Origin: Octopus bimaculoides
Lineage: Eukaryota
NCBI RefSeq assembly: GCF_001194135.2
Contig: NC_068994.1
Coordinates: forward strand, 30,446,592 to 30,499,006
Direction of reading: 5' to 3'
Length of the DNA: 52,415 nucleotides
The stretch's first letter is position 1. Every line of letters begins with the position of its first letter. The notes under the pieces are model-generated. The model had not been told where the DNA came from and ran no database searches. It saw only the letters and a program-made list of their open reading frames with translations. This document shows positions 24,384-37,018 of the stretch, one piece after another. A program made the position numbers and the translations under genes.

Positions 24384-24543
24384 ATGCAGAAATGTGTATG
24401 TGGTCAAGAAGTTCGCTTGGCAACCACGTGGTTCCGTGTTCAGTCCTACTGTGTTATACTTTGGGCAAATGTCTTCTACTATAATCCCAGGATGACTTAT
24501 TCAACTGATATTTTATGAGCGAATTTGGTGAAATCCATCCTTC
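24384..24543 (+). mobile_element. 5' half of OR2-like SINE
   Basis: tgtggtcaagaagttcgcttggcaaccacgtggttccgtgttcagtc..ttgggcaaatgtcttctact. Confidence 0.75.
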
Positions 24544-24569
24544 GTATGTATGTATGTATGTATGTGGAG

Positions 24570-26880
24570 TAATCCATTTCTGCTGGGTGATAGAGTGAGT
24601 GGCTTCTGTGGTTTTTGTAGGCGATTGAAAAACCTTTACTTTGAGGCAAAATGCTATGTATGTGATGTATGTTAGAAATTCTGTGTGAGAAAAAATGGTT
24701 GGTTGTATTGGAATTTCAGGAAAATTTGCTACTATGATTTTCAACCCGGCGTCAATAAGTTTGCCACATGACATTTGTCCCGAAATTGAAAACGACTTCT
24801 CATGTTTCAAAGCTAATGTCCTCAACCGAAATTTCCCCTTGCCCACTGGCTCGGAAGAATGGTAAATCAGATTTTTCAGCTTCTTTTCCTTTTTTTGTCT
24901 TCAGGGGCGAAATTTCGTTTTTTCAAAGTTCATCAAACAATTACACAAATAGTTGAAACTATTTTTTAGAACATACCTGTTCAAGGACACCCAAAATCTC
25001 CTTAACATCTGCACCAAGCAATAATAATTTTGAACGATAGTGTTCAATAATAGCTTCCATTATGCTAAATGAATTGCTCTCACAATCAATTTAATATTTT
25101 GAAGCAATAAATCGTCAGGCTATGATACACACATTGGTATATTTGATGTAAGCCCGTCCGGTATAAGTTTATCCAGTTTGCATGTTTCCAGAAATGATAA
25201 ATGGCTTTTGATTTTAGTACGAAAACGATTAAGTTTTTTAACTGATAGAAATAGCGATTTCTCATTTTCTGATTCGCATTTAAATGGTACAAAATCCATT
25301 GGCCCAGGATTGGCCTCAACACTGGGGTCTAACGAAATTAACAGGGCTGACAAACCAATTGTAAGAAGGAATAAAACGCAAAAAACTGTAATTTACATTA
25401 CGATTTTCCTTAGACACCCGACTATTTTGGTAACTTCCAGAATTTCTAAATGTTCCAATTCTTATTCGGTGAAACATAAAATCAATTATCTCAATCTACT
25501 TGATTTTGATATTTTAAAAGGATTGATGTAACTCTTCACAAAGGTAAATAGAACTATATGAAGTGTGCGATATGATTGTAATAGATATTTTATTGGTTGA
25601 ACGATATTTCGACAGCAAGCCTGTCTTTGTCGAGTTCAAAATGGAAAGTGATAAAAATTCAAAATTATAGAAATTCAAATCTAAAATATGAACGAGAGCA
25701 ACCAGCCTCCTCACATTGATGGAATGACACCATCAGTTTTCAAATTTCAAGTTTACAACTAACAAAAAGAAAAAAAAAAAGAAAAAAAGGGAAAAAAGAA
25801 AAGGAAAGAAAATAGAAAAAAGAAAACGAAAAATATCTAATCAAACAGTTTTGTGTAAATATGATGAAATTCTCCTGTCATTTTATTTATGCCTCCGGGA
25901 CATGATGTCAATAATCTGCAAACATTTCTCCTCATGCATTTTGAGTACTGAAAGTGTAGCAGATTCAGAATATTTTCTTAGAATATAGAATATGCATTTT
26001 CAAGGCTTTTTCAAAATTGCAGCCATTTGATGCAAAGTGTTCAGCAAGTTCTATTGAACTACTGCTATTGTGCCTGACGTCATATCTGTGTCCATTGAAT
26101 CTTTTGTTTAATTGTTCTGTTGTACAACCTACATAAATCAAGTTGTGTTTTGTGCATTATTTTCTACTATAGACACAAGGCCTGCAATTTGAATTCACTT
26201 GACTCATGTTGTTGAACAATGAACAGGGCTTACCTCTCTTACGACTGTTTTTTCAAATACAGTGTGCAAAAAACTCCAATGTTAGTTTTCTTGAAGTTAG
26301 AAGTAGAGGTTAATAGTTCTCTTATATTTTTATTCCGTCTAAAGGCTACAGTAGGCTGTTGAGGAAATATTTATTTGACACGAGGATAATTTTCCGCAAC
26401 ATGCTGGTAACTTTCATATAACACTTTTGAAATGCCAGCGAAATTTCGGTGCCAGTTAATCACTAAAAGAATTCTGTCACATATTGTACTGTTTGCTAAA
26501 ATTATGCGTGAAAGTTTGACTGTCTTTGCTAATCTTAGCTATGTCATTTGCTATTTCCCACTGTACCCGCGTTTGACATAATGGTGTACAAAAGCATTTA
26601 CATGTTTCCAGTAATCCCCTATGTCAGTACAAATCCGTTTTATCCTCAGAAACTGGGATTTCGGATTTTACCAAATTATATGATGTGGATAATCGGAGCG
26701 GTGGTGGAGGTAAATGCGGGATGGCATAGGCTTGCAAAATAACTCTGTCACTCTTCTGCCACCAGAAAACTTAACTTTTGAGTCATAAAATTGAACACTA
26801 GGTTTTCGAAAACTAGACGTAAATTTTATGTTGAACTTAAAGCCATAATTTTTAGCATAACAGTGAGGTTCCTTACCCAC
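24570..26880 (-). mobile_element. Neptune-type Penelope-like element in partial tandem layout: RT thumb, GIY-YIG, stop, terminal repeat, restart of ORF N-terminus
   Basis: NIKFTSS..TELFCKP..YLH..PKSQFLRIKRIC..KRGY; PTVAFRRNKNIRELL; NLIYVGCTTEQLNKRFNGH; then 25398 onward M*ITVFCVLFLL..VEANPGP..KSHLSFLETCKLDKLIPDGL (PLE N-terminal motif). Confidence 0.82.
25597..25639 (-). ncRNA. Minimal type I hammerhead ribozyme-like motif with decayed core
   Basis: TTGAAC-TCGACAA-A-GACAG gcttg CTGTC-GAAA-TA-TC-GTTCAA: perfect 6-bp stem I and 5-bp stem II, palindromic ATAT stem III; core has 3 changes from CTGACGA. Confidence 0.6.
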
Positions 26881-26891
26881 TCTCTCTATGA

Positions 26892-27303
26892 TGTAACGCG
26901 TGAGGTGAGGTTGTCGTAGATAGAGGTTGTCGTAGATAGATCTGTTTGAGATAGCGCATGTTAGACGATCCGTCATTCCACAGACATGGCATCTCAGTCT
27001 TCTATTCCATTCGGCAGGGAGGTCAGATCTGGAATTCTCTCCAGCTGGTCGTTCTTTTGACGCCCAGGAGAGTTTCATTTTCATGCAATACCACACAACC
27101 ATAAATTCACCACAAATCTAGTTCAGATGGCACCCCCTGTATTGTAATTTTCTCTGCTCTTCTTCCCAAATACTTAGGGAAGAGGACGACGTCTTCACTG
27201 CGGCGGGCGGCCACTGAGTGCTGAATTGCCATGGCCTCAGTCTTATATATAACTTCAGTCCCACCGAACTGCTTTGTCCTCGATATATATTAGCGACTCG
27301 GCA
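26892..27303 (-). mobile_element. Putative solo LTR
   Basis: TG...CA ends, near-matching 5-bp flanks tatga/catga, TATATAAG followed by a TCAGT Inr-like site on the minus strand, GC-richer than flanks. Confidence 0.35.
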
Positions 27304-27306
27304 CAT

Positions 27307-27435
27307 GAGACCAGTAGAATAAATACCAAGCTTTAAAGGAAAATGAGTACGTGAGTCGATTCGTTCGACTAAAATTCTTCAAGACGGTGCCCCAACATGG
27401 CCGAAGTCTGATGGCTAAAAAAAAGTAAAAGAATA
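27307..27435 (+). mobile_element. 3' fragment of OR2-like SINE
   Basis: gagaccagtagaataa..ttcgactaaaattcttcaagacggtgccccaacatggccg..A-rich tail. Confidence 0.7.
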
Positions 27436-29529
27436 AAACAATAAACAAGCATTTTTCAGGAAATTCAAAGAATAATTTCGGAGATGTACTTCCCAGTGAT
27501 GTACTTGCAAGTGATTTGATCTGTGTCAAAACTAAAACAATTACAGCATTGAAGATATACGTTAGCCATTCAAAATGACAGAAAAATTGTTAATTTCACT
27601 TAAACATTCATTATTTAGTATCAAATATCTGTGTCAACCTGGTCATTGGCATTAACAGTTGCAGTGGAATTGTGTCAGTGACCAGGCTGCATTTGGTGCG
27701 ATGAAAATGTGAACACCAAATAATAAATGTTGAAGTGGAGTTAGTTTTTATGTGTGTTTTTGAATGGTTGAAATTTGACTTCCACGCTGTTATTGTTGAA
27801 AAGAGAGATGTCATTCTCAAAAAGGAAAAAGTATAATAGACAATACGGTTGATAAATACAACACTACACATACTTGGTCCGAAGGAAGTGAAGCAATCAC
27901 TAACCCAGTCCATTTCGAACAAGAAAAGTCTAAATATGTTATATTTTGTGGATAACACTAAATGGTTCAAAGGACGGGAGCCGTAATCTATCGTTTAAAT
28001 GTAAGAAACTAGTAAAGTTACATTTGCAGAACAGAAAATAGAACACAAAAACTTGCTCTGTTTAATAATGTCCCTTTACATTTTTGCGTACAAATCTCAT
28101 TGATGTCGACTTTGTCATTTGTCTTTCTGAGGTCGATAAACCCAAGTTGAACACTAAGGTTAAAATAATTGATTGTTCCCCTTTGCTGGATTTCTCACTT
28201 TGAAATAATGTAAGAAATCAGTAGCAATAGTTTAAATAACTAAAACAACTACAGCAACGAAACAGCAGCAGCAGTAGCAGTAGCAACAATGACAACAACA
28301 AATAAGAAGAATAAATCAAATAGATACTTAACAGTTTTGTCAATATTCGAAGCGCTTTTATCCGCAATTTGTTTACAAATTTGTCGTTATTCATTTAGAA
28401 GTCTTTCATCGAATTATCGTCGTTTGATAAAATCTAAATTGAATACAATCCCCTCTCCTCAGCTCCTCATCCTTTTAAAGGAAAAAGAAAGCAAGAACAC
28501 TGACGACATTTGCTGTCTATTACTACGTCATCTAAAAGGGCGGTGCAGTTAATGACAACAAATAATTCTAAAAGAAACTAATAGTTTCCAAGTGAAACAG
28601 AGTGAATGTACTACGTAACTTCGTTTTAACTAATCTATTATGCATAGGCTTCAGCTGTTCATTGATAACAAATAAACATGTAAGACGTTACACAGCATTA
28701 TTCAAATGTACATTTGCATACTACACGTGTGGATTTTCGTAGGTGATATTTTAAATGTGAAAAAAAAAAAAAAAAGACTTGAGAGGGGCGTTTCATAAAA
28801 CAGTGAAGCTTGTCTTACCTGAAACAAACTAGTCATAAATAATTTGAAAATTTTATAGGTGATAAGTAGTGGATGAGACATTTCACATCAGAAGTGAATG
28901 AGGTCTGGTTAAAAATCTCAGAGTCTTCGTTGGTTTTGTTTTACAGTACACACTACATGACAAGTATGGAATTGTCGCTAAGTTAGAGTTGACGTTGATA
29001 GATTAATTGAGTTAACATTATTTTGGCTTATGCGAGGCTGCAGATAAAGTGTCTGTTGTCAGCTGTTAATATAAATCCATAAATTATCTGATATTGCTTG
29101 GATTTTATTTGGTGATAACAAACCGCCGCAAGCCTGACGTGAAAAATAGGATATAGGATATATATACATACATATAGAACACCGGTACATTCATCTACCT
29201 TGAATTGATCTGTGATTATTACAAAGAAATCGTGAAAAGAAGCGAAAAAGTGTCTGAGAGTGGATTTGATTGGATTTGAACAGGTTACTGAAGGCGATAC
29301 TGGCATTATCAACAGGTTTCCTATTCGGCATTAGAAACAGAAAAGTAAGAAGGAAAATTTATTATTATACACAACATGGGTGCGCACGCACGTACACATA
29401 CACACACACACACGCGTGCGCATAGATTTATATACATACATACATGCATGCATACATACATGCACGCACGCACACACACAAACACAGACACAGGCAGACA
29501 GACAGACACAGACCCAGACAGACAGACAG

Positions 29530-29596
<67 letters not shown>

Positions 29597-29925
29597 TATT
29601 CTATGTTTCTGTTAAAAAAATGAAACCCAAAATAGACTGAAAATATTTGTTTATTAAATTGATGACTCTTCCAAGACTAGTCTTGTTTCATTCTCCTTAG
29701 AGGAGAGATTAGTTTGGCTTTCGGATGAATACCAGGGAGAATAAAACACGATTCGTCTCGTAAGAGCCATCAACTTCATAAACACGCATATATACACGCA
29801 CGAACAAGACACACAAGCGCGCGCACGAATATCACACACACACACGAATATCACAAACAAGTGTATACACACACATATGTATGTATGTATGTATGTATGT
29901 ATATATGTATGTATGCATGTATATA

Positions 29926-29961
<36 letters not shown>

Positions 29962-30110
29962 TAAGTATGTAAAATTACTGGCGCATTCATAACGTTGTTT
30001 CAATACCACACTCTATTACTAAAGCATACCTGTATATTTATACCAAACGCTACAAGTAATAGACATCTGTAACCATCTTGTCTTTACATCCGATAAATTC
30101 AAGAACAGTG

Positions 30111-30210
30111 AAAGACTAATTTTAATTCTGCAATAAGATTAATTTTAATTCTGCAATAAAACTAAATTTAATTCTGCAATAAAGACTAATTTTCATTCTG
30201 CAATAAGATT
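30111..30210. repeat. 23-24 bp minisatellite (aagactaattttaattctgcaat), about 4 copies
   Basis: Direct tandem copies. Confidence 0.9.
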
Positions 30211-31771
30211 TCATGATCGACCGAATACCCTTTTTGTCTGGGGTCCTTCAGAATATTCTGTGTGTGCACTAATTGGTATTAATACGAAAGTGGAGTCACT
30301 TAAGTGGAGTAAATCTGAGGGTGCATCATTGAATAGTGAGGGGACAGTGCCGTCCAATCACCTCCTTAACGATGGACATGATTCTATATGAGTTTATATC
30401 TCTAAAACAGGATGGTTCTTAAGACGTCATGAATATATGTAGGCAATGATAGCTATTACGAGGAAACGATTTCTCGATGAAATTTCCACCTCAACTATAA
30501 CAACGCTAGATAGAATTTTTTCAAACAAGCCAAACAGGCGAGTGAGAATCTTCAGATAAACGAAGTTCTGTTCCTTTCGTTAACAAAATGGCGAAATTTT
30601 CCTCTTATGATTATAAATCCTATGTCAATATTCGCTTTAGTAGCTGGCTTGTTTAAAATTATTGAGAAATTTATTCAAACAGCCCAGGAAAATGTTTCGA
30701 AGCCCAAAAGGATAACATGGCAAAAAACAAACAGTCTGAAATAATTCGTTTTTAACAGTAGAACTCAGAGTAGATAAAACTATAAATAATGACATGTAAA
30801 TACTGGGTAAAAAAAAATCCTTTGAATAGAAAAAAATTGAAGACTGTCGGTGAGATCGAACCCAAAACTTCTGCTTTATTATTTATAGCTTTATCTACGT
30901 CGAGTTTCGCCATTAAAAACGAATTATTTTACTCGAAGTTTCTAAATTATTAATTAAGTTTTTATTATTTTTTCAAATAACGCAACCGATTGGTTGAATC
31001 GGTAGAGTGTCGCACAAAATATCATGTGGTATTTTGTTATGTCTCTTCATGTTATCACTGCCACTACTACCGCTATATTCCTTTTCCTCCTCCTCAGCGA
31101 CGGAACCACTATATGGTCTCACGTCGTGCAGAAAACAACAGCCAGATCTCCCTAAAATCACACCAGATAGTGTGTCCATAAGTTATCTGTACATAGAAGG
31201 AAAAGAAATGATATAGTCACTACTTGAAATACCTTTGATCATCGATCTGCTCAATTGTAACTGTCCCGAGGTCAAGCAACAACTACAACGATAATTTCTT
31301 ACTTAATTATATCCACACTAAGCAGCAATGCTTAAAACAAAGTTACATATATTATATTTAACACGTCCATGTACATTAAAACAGAAAGATCTTCGTTACA
31401 GAAACTGTCACGGAGGATAAATTCACCTTACAAACTGTGTTGAAAGACACAAAACTGGACTATGAATGGCGCATGTAATTAATTCCAGCTTAACAAATAC
31501 TTAGCATATGCCAGCGAATGTACTTCCTTGCTGTTTACATAGAAAAAAAAAAGACAGTCCTTAATGGTCTACAAACTGTCTGTAACTGATGGAACGTAAC
31601 GATGCAGAAATATGTAACCTCATTCATAGCTCAGTTCGATGTTTATCATACACATAGTCTACAAGGAGAATTTTTCATTCGAGATAGTGACTATAGGGAA
31701 ATCTTTCCATGCTTGAGTGTACACAAACTGTCAAACTGAAGCGCATAAAACTTTAGTTCCAATAATTAGCA

Positions 31772-31816
31772 ATTCTTCTTCTTCTTCTTCTTCTTCTTCT
31801 TCTTCTTCTTCTTCTT

Positions 31817-31880
<64 letters not shown>
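31772..31880. repeat. Compound (TCT)n(TAC)n microsatellite
   Basis: Read directly; lies immediately upstream of a splice acceptor tract. Confidence 0.95.
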
Positions 31881-31928
31881 ATTTAATTTACTTTTTCTGT
31901 TTCGATTTCGTTCTTGCAGGCGACGGAG

Positions 31929-31995
31929 ATGAATGCCATCACCCGAAAAGCAATACTGCTGGTATTGATAAGGATTTCAGTGGGTCAAGTAACAG
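31929..31995 (+). CDS. Signal-peptide exon of uncharacterized gene B (MNAITRKAILLVLIRISVGQVT); exon starts at 31920
   Basis: Very strong acceptor tttttctgtttcgatttcgttcttgcag, ACAG|gtttgc donor, phase 1 end, basic then hydrophobic N-terminus. Confidence 0.55.
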
Positions 31996-32134
31996 GTTTG
32001 CATCCAGAATCATTTGTATTCTAAACACAATTGTCTGCTGGGAGTGCATTTCGTCACTTATTGAGCTTGTGGTGATAATATTTGGTGTAGTGCGAGTTAT
32101 GTATGTGCGTACGTGTGTATTATAATAATAATAA

Positions 32135-32317
32135 TACAGTTCTATATTTAAGAGATGAGGAATTATGGACATTATTTACATTATTTACATCTGACGTATA
32201 TTTGTCCTCATCTTGTTTGTTGTTAACATAACGTTTCGGGTGATATACCCACCAGCCTTCTTCAGCTGTCTTGGGGAAATTTCGAACCTGAGTTCTCATT
32301 CCTAAAGTATTTTTCGA

Positions 32318-32381
<64 letters not shown>

Positions 32382-32797
32382 GAGTGAGAGAGCAGTGAAT
32401 GCCCTCAAAGTGACACTGGGGTAAAATATACGAAGCTCATTATACCCATCAAGACTACCCGTCTGATAAGGGTACACCAGGCACATGCATCACAACCATA
32501 TGTGCGCGACATGGTGATCTTATATCAAGATAAACAGCGCATAACCTCGCAGGTCGAGTAGCCCATTCCGCTCAAAAGGTTCCTGAATAAGGTTTGTTTA
32601 AGGATGTTGAGCAAAACACCCATGTTTCCAAAGGGGAATTATTCAAACCCCAAAGAATTCCTCTCAACACATGGCTATGATGCTCTCCCACTACTTCTGC
32701 TCATGATCAGAGATGCACATATCGTCAGTCACCAAGGGAATGCTCAACTGGTTAAGGTCAAACAACTGACAAGCAAATCTGTGGTATTAAGCAGAAA
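32135..32797 (-). mobile_element. Composite repeat, copy 1: about 410 bp non-coding module, (TAA)n, PLE-type terminal module with hammerhead
   Basis: Collinear with 42367-43103 across both modules. Confidence 0.85.
32225..32270 (-). ncRNA. Minimal type I hammerhead-like motif, stems eroded
   Basis: GACAG-CTGAAGA-aggctggtgggtatatcaccc-GAAA-CG-TT-ATGTT; core intact, stems I and II mismatched. Confidence 0.55.
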
Positions 32798-34270
32798 GTG
32801 TGGAGGTGAGCGGCATGTCGTTGCTTAAAATGTTTGGTCGATCCTATGTATATGGCTGCAGAGTTGTATAATAGATTAAGGACAGTGCATTTGTAAATTA
32901 CATTATATCTTCTGCAATGGGTTTGTAACGGGCAGATGGCTCCAGACAATTACAATTAGGTGAGTTTTGGGGACTGTGCTCATTAATAGAGGAGGTAGTA
33001 TCGTCAGAGGAAAGGTTATAGAAGGGGTAGAAGATTCTATATTATTAGTATTATTAACGTTATCATTACCAACATTGTGTCAGTATGTGGGTTGGGTTGT
33101 GGTTGTGGTCTAATATAAGGGTATCTATGCTGGAGCTGTGCATGTGTTGAGTGTTCGTATGACTAAAGTTGTAGTTATGTGAGTTTTGATAGTAAAGAGA
33201 GAGCTTTTGCTTATTAGAGGCTGCTACAATAGATTCAAAGTTGGGTGAGGTAGAATAAGATAGTTTCAGGGTGGATCAATTAAAGATAGAATGATATTTA
33301 CGTTGTCGAGGGAAGTTAGAGTCTAGTATTTTAAAGAAGGATTTAGCTAAGTTCTTAACGTTAAATGACAAGGCGGGGTGTACCACAGAATAGAGCGTCC
33401 GCCACTTTTTTTAGGGGGTCTGGGAGTAGTGCAAAGTTTTTAGATAAAGGAGTGCTATCTATATTTTTGGGGAAGGTATGTAGGTGGCGAGGCCTGATGT
33501 TGTTAGCGGTTTTAGTTGTTTTCGTTTTTGACCTAGTGCTAAATGAATGTGTGTGGGGCTTAGGTTGCCTAGGTGTAAGACCTTCCAGGGTTCCATCCAC
33601 GAGTGTGTGTGGTTGGTTGCGATTGTGATGGTTGGTGCGTGTTTGAGAAGTGATTTGAGATATGTATTGTTTGAGCCTGGTGTTATGTATGTATTCTATT
33701 TGTTGGGAAAACTAAGTCAGTGACCTGAGCTAAATCAGATGATCCCATGGTTATGTCGAATAGGTTGCTATGGTTATTGCTATGGCTATTGGCTCTTTAC
33801 CAGAGTTTGCTTTCAAAAGAAATAAGGGTTTTGTGGGCATTAAGTATTATGTTAATTTCTAGTGGGGTTAGGTTTGTAAAGTTCCAAGCTAGAAGAAGAG
33901 CTTGATTAAGGAATTTAGGAGAAATAGAAGAATAGTAATTATTTATGTCGAATTGTAGGAAGGAATATGAGTTCTTGTTTTTTTAGAAGCTGGAACCATG
34001 TAATAACTTCACCAGTGTAGAACAATAGGTTAACGATTAATTTGTCCTTGACGATTGGTACTATTTTGTCCAAAATGTTTTTACTTACCCTTCCTAGATC
34101 GGATTTGGTGGGGCATATTAGGCGTATTGAAGGTTTAGTAATAAAGTCCTTTTTGTGATCCTTGAGGTTAAAGTGTGGAGGTGCAGGGCAGTATGGTCCG
34201 GTTCGGTCATCCACTTGTAGTTTCCTCATAAGTCTGCAGTGGTTTGTGTTGATTTCATTTAGGACAGATG
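32798..34270 (-). mobile_element. Poseidon/Penelope-type PLE remnant (RT and GIY-YIG) with internal deletion
   Basis: PHFNLKDHKKDFITKPSIRLICPTKSDLGRVSKNIL, FDITMGSSD, CPLQTHCRRYNVIYKCTV..IYIGSTKHFKQRHAAH. Confidence 0.88.
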
Positions 34271-34294
34271 TTGGTACCAAGATATAATGTAATA

Positions 34295-34362
<68 letters not shown>

Positions 34363-34469
34363 NNNNNNNNNNTGTGTGTGTGTGTGTGTGTGTGTGCGTG
34401 TGTGTGTGTGTATTCGTATATATATATATATATATGATCATATATGTATCGTGATCTTCACTATTATCA

Positions 34470-35616
34470 TCAGAATAAGCAACCATGAAAGCGCTGAGGG
34501 GGAAGCCATCTCTCCCACCAGTCCTCCCACAGAAGAAGACTTTCCCCCTCATATCACTCACTCTCTGCGACGACGACGATGACAACAACAACAACAGCAA
34601 CAACACTGGCAACCTAAGCAGTGTGAAAGCTCGCGAAGCTTATGAAATTAGTTACAACAAAAATAGCAGTAGTGACAGGAGTCTCGATGGCAGAGGTGGC
34701 GGGAGCAGTAATGATGGTGGCGGTGGAGACATAAAAAGCTGCGACACTACGATAGATCGTAGCAGTAACAAAGACGGTAACAATACCAGCAGCAGTTACA
34801 GTGATTGCAACACAGACGGCGGCAGCAGAAGCAACAATAACAGTGGTGGAGAAGAAATTGAAGACAGCAGTGATAGCCGCGATGGTGGCAACAAAACAAG
34901 TGGCGACAACCCCACCACCACAACAACAAACAGCAACAGCAGCAGTAGCAGCAACAATAACACCAGCAATAAAACCAATACCAACAACACCAACGAGAAC
35001 AAAAATACTAATATTACCAATAACAGCAACAAGAACACTTCGCAGCAGCAGCAGGCAAAACGGGACCACGTTACAGCATATACCTCACAAAGAGAAGTTG
35101 GCCCAAACCTGGAAGTTCATTAAGCATGAGCAAACCTGGGCCAACTTAACCAAACCAAAAGAGGCAATTGAAACAGTGGAGAAAACAACGGTTCATTTCA
35201 AATGCATCTCAGCAGAGACAAATAAACCAGCAATAATAGCACAGGCAGATATTGGAGCTGCGCTGAGATGTATCAGGGATGATACCGAGTACATAGTGAG
35301 GGGCAGACAGTACAGTACCATTTCGGTGCTTTGAAAGTCAGAAGCAAAACTAGCAAAGTCATTATGTACTCATCCCATATGGGAAAAAGAATAGTGCATG
35401 TCCGCATTCCGAGGATTCCACCAGGACTTGACATGTGGTGTCTTCTGGGATGCGTAATCGAGCAAGGGTCAGATGCCGTCGCAATAGAGGTGACAAAAAT
35501 TGCAAGAGAGAACTGGTCCAGAGAGGATCTGGAGATACTTCTTCAGATCAAGCCTGAAAACTTCAAAAGAATCCCGGACCACATCCGTCTCCAAAACGGG
35601 ACGGTATTGCACATAA
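34470..35616 (+). mobile_element. ORF1 (gag-like) remnant of L1/Tx1-like LINE with low-complexity N-terminus
   Basis: IVHVRIPRIPPGLD..IPDHIRLQNGTVLHI pattern typical of LINE ORF1, on the same strand as the ORF2 remnant at 37019. Confidence 0.55.
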
Positions 35617-36228
35617 CACTGGTCAACAAGTATTTTTCCTCAAGAATACTCCAAGGTGTACTCAGTGTAGTTTTTAATACTGATTTCAAATATACAATTA
35701 GTTTTTTGATATCACGTACAGTTTTCAAGATGAAGTTTTTTGGTTTTAGCTCATGTATTATATAGTAATTCCAATTAATGACGTGTATGCATGCATTTGA
35801 TTTACATCATGGAAACATACCTTTAAAATAAACTACATTATTCAATGCTGCATAGTTCAGATGCTATATTTCATCATCTTAAATTAACCAATCAAGTTTT
35901 GTCTGATGAAATAGGGATTTCAACATCTCAAATTGTCCAGTCATAATTGGTCGGATGAAATATTTCATCATCTAAAATTCAACATAAGTATAACCGTTTG
36001 TATCTATTTCCTTACTTGTTTTACAGTGTTAACGATGTCAAGATGATGTCTTTTGTTATGTTTGTGGACAATTTATTGTGAAAGCTCAGAAATGTACAAT
36101 AACTCCAGAGATCAAGAAGATTTATAAGCTATACTTTCACTGTCCTCTTGGAGATCAGGACAAGTTATGGGTACCACATTTTATCTGCTCAGATTGCTCA
36201 AATGGTTTACGTGACTATAATAATAATG

Positions 36229-36295
<67 letters not shown>

Positions 36296-37018
36296 CAACA
36301 ACACCAACAACAACAACAACAACAATGATAATAAGTCCATGCCTTTTGCCATTCCAATGATATAGAAGGAGCTGAAAGACCATTTAAGTGAGTTATTTTT
36401 GCAAAGTGAATATCGCAAAATTTTCTATGAATAATTAACACAAAATTGTGTATTCCAATCTGCATTCTGCAATGGGACCTGTGCTTCACAATGGAAGTCT
36501 GTCAATTCCAGTTCCACCAGATGATAATATAGAAACATCAGATCATGACGCTGACTGTCACGATAGTGCTGCTGAGGAAGATTACGTGGCTGATGACGAT
36601 AGCATTGAACTTCAGAAATTTTCCCAAACTGAACTGAATGACCTTGTCAGAGACCTGTCCCTCTCAAAAGATAAAGAACTGTTGGCATCAAGGCTGAAGG
36701 GGAAGTATCTATTAGAGCACGGTGTCAGTATAACTTATTTTCGACAGAGAAATCTGGTTCTACAAACGTGTTTTTCTGTTGAAGGCCCGCTTTGCTTTTG
36801 CATATCATCGATAGATTTTTCAAATGTTTATCACAAAATCATGATCCTGCAGAGTGGCATTTGTTTATTGACTCTTCAAAACGAAGTTTAAAAGCTGTAC
36901 TTTTCTATAATAGTAATTTGAAGTCCTCCATTCCTATTGCACCCTCCTTTCATCTTCATGAATTATATGAGAATAGGGAACTTTTACTTCATGCCATTGC
37001 CTATGAAAGATACCCATG
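35617..37018 (+). mobile_element. Second Chapaev3-like element (5' half) inserted in LINE ORF1, with a (TAA)n(CAA)n expansion inside the zinc-finger region
   Basis: TAA|CACTGGTCAACAA terminus; FCYVCGQ..LGDQDKLWVPHFICSDC, MPFAIPMI, ELNDLVRDLSLSK, WHLFIDSSKRSLKAVL. Confidence 0.8.

Noticed and set aside
24760-24900. Mariner-like KFR..L...E motif
   Set aside because: Lies in the continuation of the PLE N-terminal region; no TIR or DDD support.
27611-27970. 119-aa minus-strand ORF
   Set aside because: No motif, non-ATG start, no convincing splice sites.
29200-29320. Minus-strand exon-like segment with good splice sites
   Set aside because: No recognizable product and no partner exons; left unannotated.
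30586-30600. AAAATGGCG YY1-like motif as the gene B promoter
   Set aside because: A single short motif without TSS evidence.
34485-35123. 212-aa N/S/D-rich ORF as a host gene
   Set aside because: Low-complexity trinucleotide sequence open in several frames, contiguous with LINE ORF1.
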